64,000 nucleotides of DNA, taken from an uncultured Rhodospirillaceae bacterium (GTDB lineage Bacteria; Pseudomonadota; Alphaproteobacteria; Dongiales; Dongiaceae). The position numbers were made by a program, and so were the translations under genes. This document shows positions 53,862 through 62,916 of the stretch, in pieces. Each line of letters opens with the position of its first letter. Within the stretch, counting starts at the first letter, position 1. Where the stretch lies: assembly GCA_964551505.1 (NCBI GenBank), contig CAZKDH010000048.1, positions 1,947 to 65,946 on the forward strand, written 5' to 3'. The notes under the pieces were generated by a model. That model searched no databases and was not told where the DNA came from. It saw nothing but the letters and a program-made list of their open reading frames with translations.

Positions 53862-55138
53862 CCCGGCAGCAGCTTGAAGGCGGCGTCGAGGTCGGCGATG
53901 AGGTCGTCGGGATTCTCCAGGCCGATCGAGACCCGGATCAGGCTGTCGGTGACCCCGACGGCGTCGCGGATCTCCTTCTTGACCCCGGAATGGGTGGTCG
54001 AGGCGGGGTGGCTGATCAGGGATTCGGTGCCGCCGAGGCTGACCGCGAGCTTGAAGAGCTGGAGGCTGTTCAGGAACTTGAAGGCCCCCTCCAGACCGCC
54101 CTTGATGGCGAAGGAGAAGGTCGAGCCGCCGCCGGTGCAGAAGCGCTGGTAGGCGCTGGCATATTTCGCATCCTGGTTGAAGTCGGAGTTGAACAACCGT
54201 TCAACTTTTGAATGTCCGTTCAGCCAGGAGGCGATTTTCCGGGCGCTGGCGGCGGCGCGCTCCATGCGCAGGTGCAGGGTCTCCAGCGAGCGGCCGATCA
54301 TCCAGCAGGAATGCGGATCGAGCTGCATGCCGAAGGCGCTGCGGATCTTTCGGACCGGCACGATGAGGTCGGCGCGGCCGATGGCGCCGCCGGCGACCAG
54401 GTCGCTGTGGCCGCCGACATACTTGGTGAGCGAATAGACGATGATGTCGGCGCCGTGCCGCAGCGGCTTCTGGTAGACCGGCCCCAGCATGGTGTTGTCG
54501 ACGACGATCAGCGGCCGGCTCTCCTGGCGCTTGCCGATCGCCGCGGCGAGTTCGACGATCAGGTCGAAGTCGACCAGGGTGCAGGTCGGGTTGGCCGGCG
54601 TCTCGATGTAGATGATCGGCACCCGGGTGCCGGCGGCCTGGTCCGCCGCCGCCCAGATCGAGGCGCGGTCGAGGCCGTCATGGAAGCCGGCGGTGCGGAT
54701 GCCGAAGGGGGCGAGGGTGCCGGTCATCAGCGTCTCGGTGCCGCCGTAGAGCGGCTGGCTGTGGATGATGGTGTCGCCGGGCCGGGCGAAGGCGAGGATC
54801 GAGGCGGTGATCGCCGCCATGCCGCTGGCGAAGACCGCGGCGCTCTCGCCGCCCTCCAGCACCGCCAGGCGCTCCTCGACGATCTGGCTGTTGGGATGGT
54901 TGAAGCGCGAATAGACGAGGCCGGCGCCCTCGCTGCTGTTCGGCACGCGCCTGCCCGCGACATAGTCGAAGAAGTCGCGGCCGTCCTCGGCCGAACGGAA
55001 GGCGAAGGTCGAGGTGAGGAAGATCGGCGGCTTCACCGAGCCTTCCGACAGGAAGGGATCGTAGCCGTAGTTCATCATCAGCGTATCCGGGCTCAACTCC
55101 CGCCCGTTGATCTCGCGCCGCCGGTAGCTGGACACCAT
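53858..55138 (-). CDS. Cys/Met-metabolism PLP-dependent enzyme (cystathionine gamma-synthase / methionine gamma-lyase family)
   Basis: ..[14 protein letters not shown]...[22 protein letters not shown]...[17 protein letters not shown] (PLP Lys)...[17 protein letters not shown].. GGAGGAG SD. Its stop overlaps the thiQ stop (CTAG). Confidence 0.85.
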   Translation of the reverse strand: MVSSYRRREINGRELSPDTLMMNYGYDPFLSEGSVKPPIFLTSTFAFRSAEDGRDFFDYVAGRRVPNSSEGAGLVYSRFNHPNSQIVEERLAVLEGGESAAVFASGMAAITASILAFARPGDTIIHSQPLYGGTETLMTGTLAPFGIRTAGFHDGLDRASIWAAADQAAGTRVPIIYIETPANPTCTLVDFDLIVELAAAIGKRQESRPLIVVDNTMLGPVYQKPLRHGADIIVYSLTKYVGGHSDLVAGGAIGRADLIVPVRKIRSAFGMQLDPHSCWMIGRSLETLHLRMERAAASARKIASWLNGHSKVERLFNSDFNQDAKYASAYQRFCTGGGSTFSFAIKGGLEGAFKFLNSLQLFKLAVSLGGTESLISHPASTTHSGVKKEIRDAVGVTDSLIRVSIGLENPDDLIADLDAAFKLLPG

Positions 55139-55537
55139 GACCGCAAACTCCTCCGACTGAAGGGGATGAGGCGCGGATGGTAGCAGGAAGCGCCACGGCG
55201 TTTGATCCCATTCGGGGCCGGCGGTGGCGGGGCCGGGCTGTGATGCAGCAGGCGCGACACAAGCACAAGGGCCGAGGCCGGCGGAATGACGGGCGGGGCG
55301 GCGGATCGCTCGGGGAATGCCAGCGAATCAACGGCTCCGCCCTCAAGCGGGTTCCACCGCACCCTTGACAGCGGCGCGCGGACCCTGTCTAGATTCCCCT
55401 CGCTGTATACAGCAAAGGGACTAAATCCGCTGCCACATGGTGAACGCATTGTGTCGGCGGGCGCAGTCGGTCTAGTGTAGCGGCGGCAACAATGGCCCGG
55501 CCAACGGGTCTCGCAAACGACGACAGGGAGAGGATCC

Positions 55538-57142
55538 ATGAGCTTATTGAACAGGCGCGCCCTATTCGGGGCCGCGGCCACGCTGGGGCTGATGCTCGGC
55601 GGCGCGCTTCTGGCGCAGCCGGCCGGCGCCGAGACCACGCTGACCCGCGGCAACGGCTCGACCATCGGCACGCTGGATCCGCAGGTCAACTTCCTGGCCT
55701 ACGAGGCCTGGATCCAGGACGACATGTACGAAGGCCTGGTGACGCCCGGCGCCGACGGCGAGCCGGTCCCGGGTGCGGCCGAGAAATGGGAGATCTCCGA
55801 CGACGGGCTCAGCTACACCTTCCACCTGCGCGACGGGCTGAAGTGGTCGAACGGCGAGCCGCTGGTCGCCCAGGACTTCGTCAACGGCATCATCCGCACC
55901 CTCGATCCGGCGACCGCCTCGGACAAGGGCTACATCTTCACCTCGACCATGGCGGTGACCGGCGCCGCCGATTTCAACGGCGGCACCAACAAGGACCCGA
56001 AGAGCGTCGGCGTCACCGCGCCGGACGACAAGACCCTGGTGATGAAGCTCGACAAGCCGTCGCCCTTCGCGCTCTACCTGCTGAATTCCTTCTACGTGCC
56101 GCCGCTGCACAAGCCGAGCTACGACAAGTTCGGCAAGGACTTCATCAAGCCGGAGAACATCGTCTCCAACGGCGCCTATCACATGACCGAGAACGTGCCG
56201 CAGTCGCACGTGACCCTGGTGAAGAACCCGCTCTACTGGAACGCCGCCAACGTGAAGATCGACAAGGTGATCTACGCGATCACCGAGGACGACGGCACCG
56301 CGGTGAAGCTGTTCAAGGCCGGCCAGCAGGACATCACCTACGACATCCCCGGCGACCAGGTCGACGCGCTGAAGCAGGAATTCGGCGACCAGGTGCACCT
56401 CTCCAACAGCACCGAGACGCTGTATTTCAGCTTCAACCTGAAGAAGCCGCCGTTCGACGACATCCGCGTGCGCCAGGCCCTGGCGATGGCGCTGGACCGC
56501 GACACCCTGATCAACAAGGTGGTCAAGGGCGGCCATGTGCTGAACTGCGGCTACGTCATCCCGGTGCCGGGCTATGCCGGCCCGCAGCAGGCCGACTGCT
56601 CGATGTCGAAGGATGAGCGGGTGGCGAAGGCGAAGGAGCTGTTCGCCGCCGCCGGCTTCGGCCCGGACAAGAAGCTGAGCCTGAGCATCGAATCCAGCAA
56701 CAACGATTCGATGAAGAAGATCGCCGAGACCGCCGCGGTGATGTGGAAGCAGGTGCTGGGCGTCGACGCCAAGGTGAACGCCCAGGACCGCGATTCCTGG
56801 CTGGCCGCCTTCAGCGCGCCGGGCTGGGACGTGTTCAACGACGACCTGGTCGGCGACTTCGCCGGGCCGGAAACCTTCCTCGCCTACATGGATCCGCGCG
56901 CCGAGGCCGGCTACAACTGGCCGAGCAAGGAATACGAGGACCTCTACGACAAGGCGATGGTGATCACCGACAAGGCCGAGCGCTACAAGGTGCTGGCCCA
57001 GGCGGAGAAGGTGCTGCTGGATTCCTATCTGGTGGTGCCGACCGCGGCGGCGCCGAGCCGTTCGCTGGTCAGCGACAAGGTAAAGGGCTGGGTCGACAAC
57101 CCGGCCGGCTGGCACGGAACCCAGTTCATGTCGGTCGAGTAG
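55538..57142 (+). CDS. Peptide/nickel ABC transporter substrate-binding protein (family 5, OppA/DppA-like)
   Basis: 534 aa with a signal peptide ..LLAQPAGA. ..YEGLVT...AEKWEISDDGLSYTFHLRDGLKWSNGEPL.. is the family-5 SBP signature region. Confidence 0.9.
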   Translation: MSLLNRRALFGAAATLGLMLGGALLAQPAGAETTLTRGNGSTIGTLDPQVNFLAYEAWIQDDMYEGLVTPGADGEPVPGAAEKWEISDDGLSYTFHLRDGLKWSNGEPLVAQDFVNGIIRTLDPATASDKGYIFTSTMAVTGAADFNGGTNKDPKSVGVTAPDDKTLVMKLDKPSPFALYLLNSFYVPPLHKPSYDKFGKDFIKPENIVSNGAYHMTENVPQSHVTLVKNPLYWNAANVKIDKVIYAITEDDGTAVKLFKAGQQDITYDIPGDQVDALKQEFGDQVHLSNSTETLYFSFNLKKPPFDDIRVRQALAMALDRDTLINKVVKGGHVLNCGYVIPVPGYAGPQQADCSMSKDERVAKAKELFAAAGFGPDKKLSLSIESSNNDSMKKIAETAAVMWKQVLGVDAKVNAQDRDSWLAAFSAPGWDVFNDDLVGDFAGPETFLAYMDPRAEAGYNWPSKEYEDLYDKAMVITDKAERYKVLAQAEKVLLDSYLVVPTAAAPSRSLVSDKVKGWVDNPAGWHGTQFMSVE

Positions 57143-57150
57143 AGCTGGAT

Positions 57151-57176
57151 CGGGGAGCGGATCGAGCCGCTCCCCG
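57151..57176 (+). terminator. Intercistronic stem-loop after the peptide SBP gene (no T tract)
   Basis: Perfect 10-bp stem cggggagcgg / ccgctccccg with loop atcgag, 9 nt after the stop. Probably an attenuator or stabiliser rather than a full terminator. Confidence 0.4.
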
Positions 57177-57258
57177 CTCTTCCTCCGGATGCCTGCACAG
57201 AAATACCGTCCTGCGGGGTACCCGCTATCGCCGCCTCGCGTAGCGGGGGCTTCGTAGC

Positions 57259-58179
57259 ATGTGGGGCTATGCGATCCGGCGCGCCTTCGGCAGCGTGCCC
57301 ACCCTGTTCGCCCTGGCGACCATCACCTTCTTCATGATGCGGGTGGCGCCGGGCGGGCCGTTCTCCGGCAACCGCCGCATCCCGCGCGACATCATCGCCA
57401 ACATCGAGAAGGCCTATCACCTTGACGAGCCGCTGTGGCAGCAGTTCGGCCGCTACATCTGGGGCGTGCTGCATTTCGATTTCGGCCCGTCGATGAAGTA
57501 TCGCGACTATTCGGTCAGCCAGCTGATCTCCCAGGGCTTCCCGACCTCGCTCGAGGTCGGCATCTGGGCGATGGTGATCGCCACCCTGATCGGCATCGTG
57601 CTCGGCATCGCCGGGGCGCTGCGGCGCAACGGGCCGGTCGACTATACCGCCGGGGCGATCGCCATGATCGGCCTCGCCATCCCGATCTTCGTCATCGGGC
57701 CGATCGCCCAGATCGTGTTCGGGCTCGACCTGCGCTGGTTCCCGATCGCCGGTTGGGACGGCAGCCTGGCCTACAAGATCATGCCGATCGTCACCCTGTC
57801 GCTGCCCAACATCGCCTATGTCTCGCGGCTGATGCGCGGCAGCATGATCGAGACCATCCGCACCAACTACGTGCGCACGGCGCGGGCCAAGGGCATCGGC
57901 GAGCGGCGCACTATCCTGAAGCATGCGATGAAGGGCGCCATCCTGCCGGTTGTCGCCTATCTCGGGCCGGCGACCGCCATCACCATCACCGGCTCGATCG
58001 TGGTCGAGCAGATCTTCCAGATTCCCGGGATCGGCCGCTACTTCGTCGAGGGCGCCACCAACCGCGACTATCCGCTGGTGATGGGGGTGACGCTGTTCTA
58101 CGGCGCCATCGTCATCTTCGCCAACCTGCTGACCGACATCGCCCGCGGGCTGCTGGATCCGAAGGTGAGCTATGAGTGA
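57259..58179 (+). CDS. Peptide ABC transporter permease (OppB/DppB-like)
   Basis: MWGYAIRRAFGSVPTLFALATITFFMMRVAPGGPF... and ..NYVRTARAKGIGERRTILKHAMK.. EAA loop. Confidence 0.9.
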   Translation: MWGYAIRRAFGSVPTLFALATITFFMMRVAPGGPFSGNRRIPRDIIANIEKAYHLDEPLWQQFGRYIWGVLHFDFGPSMKYRDYSVSQLISQGFPTSLEVGIWAMVIATLIGIVLGIAGALRRNGPVDYTAGAIAMIGLAIPIFVIGPIAQIVFGLDLRWFPIAGWDGSLAYKIMPIVTLSLPNIAYVSRLMRGSMIETIRTNYVRTARAKGIGERRTILKHAMKGAILPVVAYLGPATAITITGSIVVEQIFQIPGIGRYFVEGATNRDYPLVMGVTLFYGAIVIFANLLTDIARGLLDPKVSYE

Positions 58180-59071
58180 CGTGGCGCTGCAGCCGGCGGA
58201 GACGCCGCTCGACGAGGCGCCGGTGGGCCTCAGCCCGTTCCGCGCCTCGCTGCGGCGGTTCGCCCAGAACCACCTGGCGGTGGTGAGCTGCGTCATCCTG
58301 GTGCTGATCATCCTCGCCTGTTTCGTCGGCCCGTTCCTCTTCCCCTTCAGCTCGGAGGATGCCGACTTCGAGAACCTCTCGGCGCCGATCGATCTCTTCA
58401 CCATCCATCCTTTCGGCACCGACGATCTCGGTCGCGACCTCACCATCCGGGTGCTGGAGGGCGGCCGGGTCTCGCTCGGCCTCGGCTTCTTCGGCGCGAT
58501 CATTTCGGTGCTGATCAGCGTGGTCTACGGCGCCACCGCCGGCTATCTCGGCGGCAGGATCGACGACCTGATGATGCGGGCGGTCGACATCCTGCTGAGC
58601 GTGCCGTTCATGTTCCTGGTGATCCTGATCAACGTCACGCTGGGCAAGAACAACACCTCGCTGTTCATCGCCGTGGTGGTGACCCTGTGGCTGACCCCGG
58701 CGGTGATCGCCCGCGGCCAGGCGGTCAGCCTGCGCGGCCGGGAGTTCATCGAGGCGGCGCGCGCCGGCGGGATGACCAGCTGGCAGATCATCCGCCATCA
58801 CATCGCGCCCAATTCGGTGAACGTGGTGATCGTCTATTCCAGCCTGCTGGTGCTGGAGATCATCCTCACCGAATCCTTCCTCAGCTTCCTCGGCATCGGC
58901 GTGCAGCCGCCGGCGGCCTCCTGGGGCACGCTGATCAACGACGGCGCCTCGCATATCGAGACCGACCCGCGGCTGCTGATGCTGCCCGGTTCGCTGCTGG
59001 CGGGGACGCTGTTCTGCCTCAACTACATCACCGACGGGTTGCGCGATGCGTTCGACCCCAATGAGCGCTGA
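58172..59071 (+). CDS. Peptide ABC transporter permease (OppC/DppC-like)
   Basis: ..HPFGTDDLGRDL..GGRIDDLMMRAVDILLSVPFMFLVI..EFIEAARAGGMTSWQIIRHHIAPN.. Confidence 0.9.
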   Translation: MSDVALQPAETPLDEAPVGLSPFRASLRRFAQNHLAVVSCVILVLIILACFVGPFLFPFSSEDADFENLSAPIDLFTIHPFGTDDLGRDLTIRVLEGGRVSLGLGFFGAIISVLISVVYGATAGYLGGRIDDLMMRAVDILLSVPFMFLVILINVTLGKNNTSLFIAVVVTLWLTPAVIARGQAVSLRGREFIEAARAGGMTSWQIIRHHIAPNSVNVVIVYSSLLVLEIILTESFLSFLGIGVQPPAASWGTLINDGASHIETDPRLLMLPGSLLAGTLFCLNYITDGLRDAFDPNER

Positions 59072-60056
59072 GCCGATGGATATCGCCACCGCCGCGCCGA
59101 TCCTGGAGGTCAAGGACCTCAGCGTGCAGTTCAAGCTGCCGCACGGCTGGGTGACCGCGGTCGACCGGGTGAATTTCGAGCTGAAGCGCGGCGAGGTGGT
59201 GGGCATCGTCGGCGAATCCGGCTCCGGCAAGAGCCAGATCCTGCTGTCGCTGATGGGGCTGCTGGCGAGCAACGGCAAGTCCTCGGGGAACGCGGTCTTC
59301 CAGGGCAAGGAGATCCTCAATCGCCCGCCGAACGAGCTCGATCACATCCGCGGCTCGGCGATGTCGATGATCTTCCAGGACCCGATGACCTCGCTCAATC
59401 CCTACATGCGGGTGAGCGACCAGCTGACCGAGGTCCTGACCGTGCACCAGGGCAAGAGCCAGAGCGAGGCCCTGGCCATCGTCGTCGAGATGCTGGAGCG
59501 GGTGCGGATTCCCGAGGCGCGGCGCCGGGTGACCCTGTTCCCGCACGAATTCTCCGGCGGCATGCGCCAGCGGGTGATGATCGCCATGGCGCTGCTGTGC
59601 AACCCGTCGCTGCTCTTCGCCGACGAGCCGACGACGGCGCTCGACGTCACGGTGCAGGCGCAGATCCTGGAACTGATGGCCGATCTCGCCCGCGACCTCA
59701 ACGCCGCGATCGCCATCGTCACCCACGACCTCGGCGTCATCGCCCGGCTCTGCGACCGGGTGATCGTGCTCTATGGCGGGCGGATCATGGAGCAGGGGAC
59801 GATCGACGAGACCTTCTACGAGCCCCGCCATCCCTATACCAAGGGCCTGCTGGCCTCGACGCCGCGGCTCGACGAGAAGACCCATGGCGAGCTGTGGACG
59901 ATTCCCGGCCAGCCGCGGGCGGCGATGGGCGACCTGCCGGGCTGCCCGTTCGAGCCGCGCTGCCCGATCCGCACCGAGCGCTGCAAGGCGGAGATGCCGA
60001 TGCTGCGCCGCGGCCCGAGCGGGCGCTTCCTCGCCTGCCACATGAGCGAGCCCTGA
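59046..60056 (+). CDS. Peptide ABC transporter ATP-binding protein (OppD/DppD-like)
   Basis: GESGSGKS, FSGGMRQRVMIAMAL, LLFADEPTTALD. C-terminal oligopeptide-ATPase Cys motif ..CPFEPRCP...C... Start ambiguous: in-frame ATGs at 59046, 59061 and 59076. Confidence 0.9.
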   Translation: MRSTPMSAEPMDIATAAPILEVKDLSVQFKLPHGWVTAVDRVNFELKRGEVVGIVGESGSGKSQILLSLMGLLASNGKSSGNAVFQGKEILNRPPNELDHIRGSAMSMIFQDPMTSLNPYMRVSDQLTEVLTVHQGKSQSEALAIVVEMLERVRIPEARRRVTLFPHEFSGGMRQRVMIAMALLCNPSLLFADEPTTALDVTVQAQILELMADLARDLNAAIAIVTHDLGVIARLCDRVIVLYGGRIMEQGTIDETFYEPRHPYTKGLLASTPRLDEKTHGELWTIPGQPRAAMGDLPGCPFEPRCPIRTERCKAEMPMLRRGPSGRFLACHMSEP

Positions 60057-60058
60057 CC

Positions 60059-61039
60059 ATGGCCGAGAACCTGCTCTCCGTCGCCGATCTCAAGGTGCAT
60101 TTCCCGATCAAGGGCGGCTTCCTCGCCGGCGAGAAGGCGGTGGTGCGCGCGGTCGACGGCGTCAGCTTCGAATTGAAGGCCGGCGAGACGCTGGGCATCG
60201 TCGGCGAATCCGGCTGCGGCAAGTCGACCCTGGGCCGCGCCATCCTGCGCCTGATCGAGGCGACCGAGGGCAAGGTGGTCTGGATGGGCAAGGACCTGTT
60301 CGACCTCGATGCGAAGACGCTGCGGGCCGAGCGCCGCGACATGCAGATCATCTTCCAGGACCCGCTGGCCTCGCTCGACCCGCGGATGTCGGTCGAGACC
60401 ATCATCGCCAAGCCGCTGCGCATCTTCCATCCCGAGCTGCCGCGCGAGGAGGTGCGCAAGCGGGTGTTCGAGACCATGCGCCAGGTCGGCCTCGCGCCGA
60501 GCATGGCGAACCGCTACCCGCACGAATTCTCCGGCGGCCAGTGCCAGCGCATCGGCATCGCCCGGGCGATGATCCTGAAGCCGAAGCTGATCGTCTGCGA
60601 CGAGCCGGTCTCGGCGCTCGACGTCTCGATCCAGGCACAGATCATCAACCTGCTGATGCAGCTGCAGCGCAGCCTGGGGATCTCGCTGCTGTTCATCTCG
60701 CACAACCTGGCGGTGGTCCGCCACATCAGCCACCGGGTGATGGTGCTCTATCTCGGCAAGGTGATGGAGATCGCCGAGCGCGACGACTTCTACGCCCGGC
60801 CGCTGCATCCCTATTCCGAGGCGCTGATCTCGGCGGTGCCGATCGCCGACCCCAGGATCGAGCGGTCGCGGGAACGGGTGATCCTGCAGGGCGACATTCC
60901 CTCGCCGATCAGCCCGCCCTCGGGCTGCCGCTTCCGCACCCGCTGCCCGCGCGCCACCGCGCTCTGCGCCGAGGTCGAGCCGGAGATGCGGGATTTCGGC
61001 GCCGGCCATTTCGCCGCCTGCCATCACATCAAGGCCTGA
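60059..61039 (+). CDS. Peptide ABC transporter ATP-binding protein (OppF/DppF-like)
   Basis: GESGCGKST, FSGGQCQRIGIARAM, LIVCDEPVSALD, ..SGCRFRTRCP... ATG lies 2 nt after the upstream stop. Confidence 0.9.
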   Translation: MAENLLSVADLKVHFPIKGGFLAGEKAVVRAVDGVSFELKAGETLGIVGESGCGKSTLGRAILRLIEATEGKVVWMGKDLFDLDAKTLRAERRDMQIIFQDPLASLDPRMSVETIIAKPLRIFHPELPREEVRKRVFETMRQVGLAPSMANRYPHEFSGGQCQRIGIARAMILKPKLIVCDEPVSALDVSIQAQIINLLMQLQRSLGISLLFISHNLAVVRHISHRVMVLYLGKVMEIAERDDFYARPLHPYSEALISAVPIADPRIERSRERVILQGDIPSPISPPSGCRFRTRCPRATALCAEVEPEMRDFGAGHFAACHHIKA

Positions 61040-61050
61040 AGGCAGCGGCC

Positions 61051-62916
61051 ATGGACAAAGCGGCCATCGCGCCGGAGATCGCGCGCCAGGACGGGTTCCT
61101 GGCGCGGCTGCTGCGGGTGCCGCAGATCCTCGGCCCGCGGGTCTCGATCGACGGCGCCTGGGTGGCCTGGATCTGGGCGGGGCTGGGCGAGACGACGCAG
61201 CTCTGGGTGGCGCCAGCGGACGGCGGCGCGGCGCCGCGCTGCCTGGTCGCCGACGACTGGGACTGCGACCGCTTCGCCTGGGCGCCGGACAGCCGCTCGA
61301 TCGTCTATGCCCGCAGCCGCGACGGCGAGGAACGGGTCGGGCTGCACCAGGTGTTCCTCGACGGCCGGCCGGCGCGGGCGCTGACCGCCGACCGGCCGGA
61401 CTACTACATCCGTGGCGGGCGCATCACCGGCGACGGCAGGACCCTGGTCTTTGCCGCCAATGTCGATCCGGAGACCGGCCGGGAGATCGAGCCCGGCCTC
61501 GTCTATGCGCAGGACGTGGCGACCGGGAGGCGGCGGGTGCTGGCGCGGCCAGAGCGGGCGGCCTTCAGCCTCCCCATCCTCTCGCCCGACGACCGGCACG
61601 TGCTCTACGAGCGCAACGACCGCGATCCCGCCGGCTACCAGCTGTGGCTGACCGACATCGACGGCAGCTTCGACCGCGAGATCATCAATGTTGGCGACGG
61701 CGCGAAGGCGGACGGCTACTGGTCGCCCGACGGCAGCGCCGTGGTGGTGACGGCGGAAGCGAGCGGCCATCGCCGGGTCGGGCTGTGGCGGCTCAACGGC
61801 AATACCGTCGACTGGCTGATCGACGATCCCCGGCGGCAGATCGCCGACGCGATCTGGCCGCCGCGTTCGGCGGAGATCGTCATCGAGGAGACGCGGGGCG
61901 CGCGCAGCCTGAGCACCCTCCTCGATCCCCGGACCGGGCGGGAGCGGCCCTTCGCCGCGGCGGAAGGGACCCTGTCGCCGCTGGGCCTCGCCAAGGACGG
62001 CGCCTGGATCGCGCTCCATTACAGCGCGCGGCACCCGGCGCGGCTGGTGCGGGTGCGGCTGGAGGCCGAGGCCGTCATCCTGGGCGAGATCTCGCGCCCG
62101 CCGCAGGCCGATCCGGTGGCGCCGGAGGAACTGGTCGCGGCGGAGGACTTCCGCTGGCGCTCGGACGACGGGACGGAGATCCAGGGCTGGCTCTACCGGG
62201 CGCAGGTCGCGGCGGCAGGCGAGGCGCGGGGCACCATCCTCCACATCCATGGCGGCCCGACCTATCACTACGAAGACGAGTTCATGATCCAGCCGCAATA
62301 CTATGCGCGGCTCGGCTTCAACGTGCTGCAGCCGAACTACCGCGGCTCGACCGGCTTCGGGCTCGACTTCCAGCAGGCGATCAAGCGGCGGGGCTGGGGC
62401 GCCGACGAGCAGGCGGATATCCGCAGCGGCGCCGAGGCGCTGATCAAGGCCGGCATCGCCGTGCCGGGCCGGATCGGCATCACCGGCACCTCCTATGGCG
62501 GCTATTCCGCCTGGTGGGCGATCACGCATTTCCCCACCGAGATCGTGCAGGCGGCGGCGCCGATCTGCGGCATGACCGACCTGGTGGTCGACTACGACAC
62601 CACGCGCCCGGACCTGCGGCCCTATTCCGAGGAGATGCTGGGCGGCACGCCGACGACGGCGCCGCAGCGCTTCTTCGAACGCTCGCCGATCCATGCGGTC
62701 GGCAACATCCGGGGCCGGCTGCTGATCGTCCAGGGCGCCAACGATCCCAACGTCACGCCGCAGAACGTCGCCGAGGTGCGGACCCGGCTGGACGCGCTCA
62801 AGATCCCCTACGAGGTGCTGGTCTTTCCCGACGAGGGCCACGGCATCGCCAAGCCGGTCAACCGCCACCGGCTCTACCGGCGCCTGGCGCAGTTCTTTGC
62901 GGACGCTTTCCGGTGA
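61051..62916 (+). CDS. S9 family (prolyl oligopeptidase / acylaminoacyl-peptidase-like) serine peptidase
   Basis: N-terminal beta-propeller-like repeats (..WAPDSRSIVY.., ..SPDDRHVLY.., ..WSPDGSAVV..). C-terminal alpha/beta hydrolase with GTSYGGY (nucleophile Ser), GANDPNV (Asp) and DEGHGI (His). Confidence 0.85.
   Translation: MDKAAIAPEIARQDGFLARLLRVPQILGPRVSIDGAWVAWIWAGLGETTQLWVAPADGGAAPRCLVADDWDCDRFAWAPDSRSIVYARSRDGEERVGLHQVFLDGRPARALTADRPDYYIRGGRITGDGRTLVFAANVDPETGREIEPGLVYAQDVATGRRRVLARPERAAFSLPILSPDDRHVLYERNDRDPAGYQLWLTDIDGSFDREIINVGDGAKADGYWSPDGSAVVVTAEASGHRRVGLWRLNGNTVDWLIDDPRRQIADAIWPPRSAEIVIEETRGARSLSTLLDPRTGRERPFAAAEGTLSPLGLAKDGAWIALHYSARHPARLVRVRLEAEAVILGEISRPPQADPVAPEELVAAEDFRWRSDDGTEIQGWLYRAQVAAAGEARGTILHIHGGPTYHYEDEFMIQPQYYARLGFNVLQPNYRGSTGFGLDFQQAIKRRGWGADEQADIRSGAEALIKAGIAVPGRIGITGTSYGGYSAWWAITHFPTEIVQAAAPICGMTDLVVDYDTTRPDLRPYSEEMLGGTPTTAPQRFFERSPIHAVGNIRGRLLIVQGANDPNVTPQNVAEVRTRLDALKIPYEVLVFPDEGHGIAKPVNRHRLYRRLAQFFADAFR

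Noticed and set aside
55139-55400. SAM-II (or other SAM) riboswitch in the leader of the Cys/Met PLP enzyme gene
   Set aside because: I reverse-complemented the leader and found no AAAGCU-type core or pseudoknot-forming U-tract characteristic of SAM-II. This cannot be excluded without a covariance-model scan.
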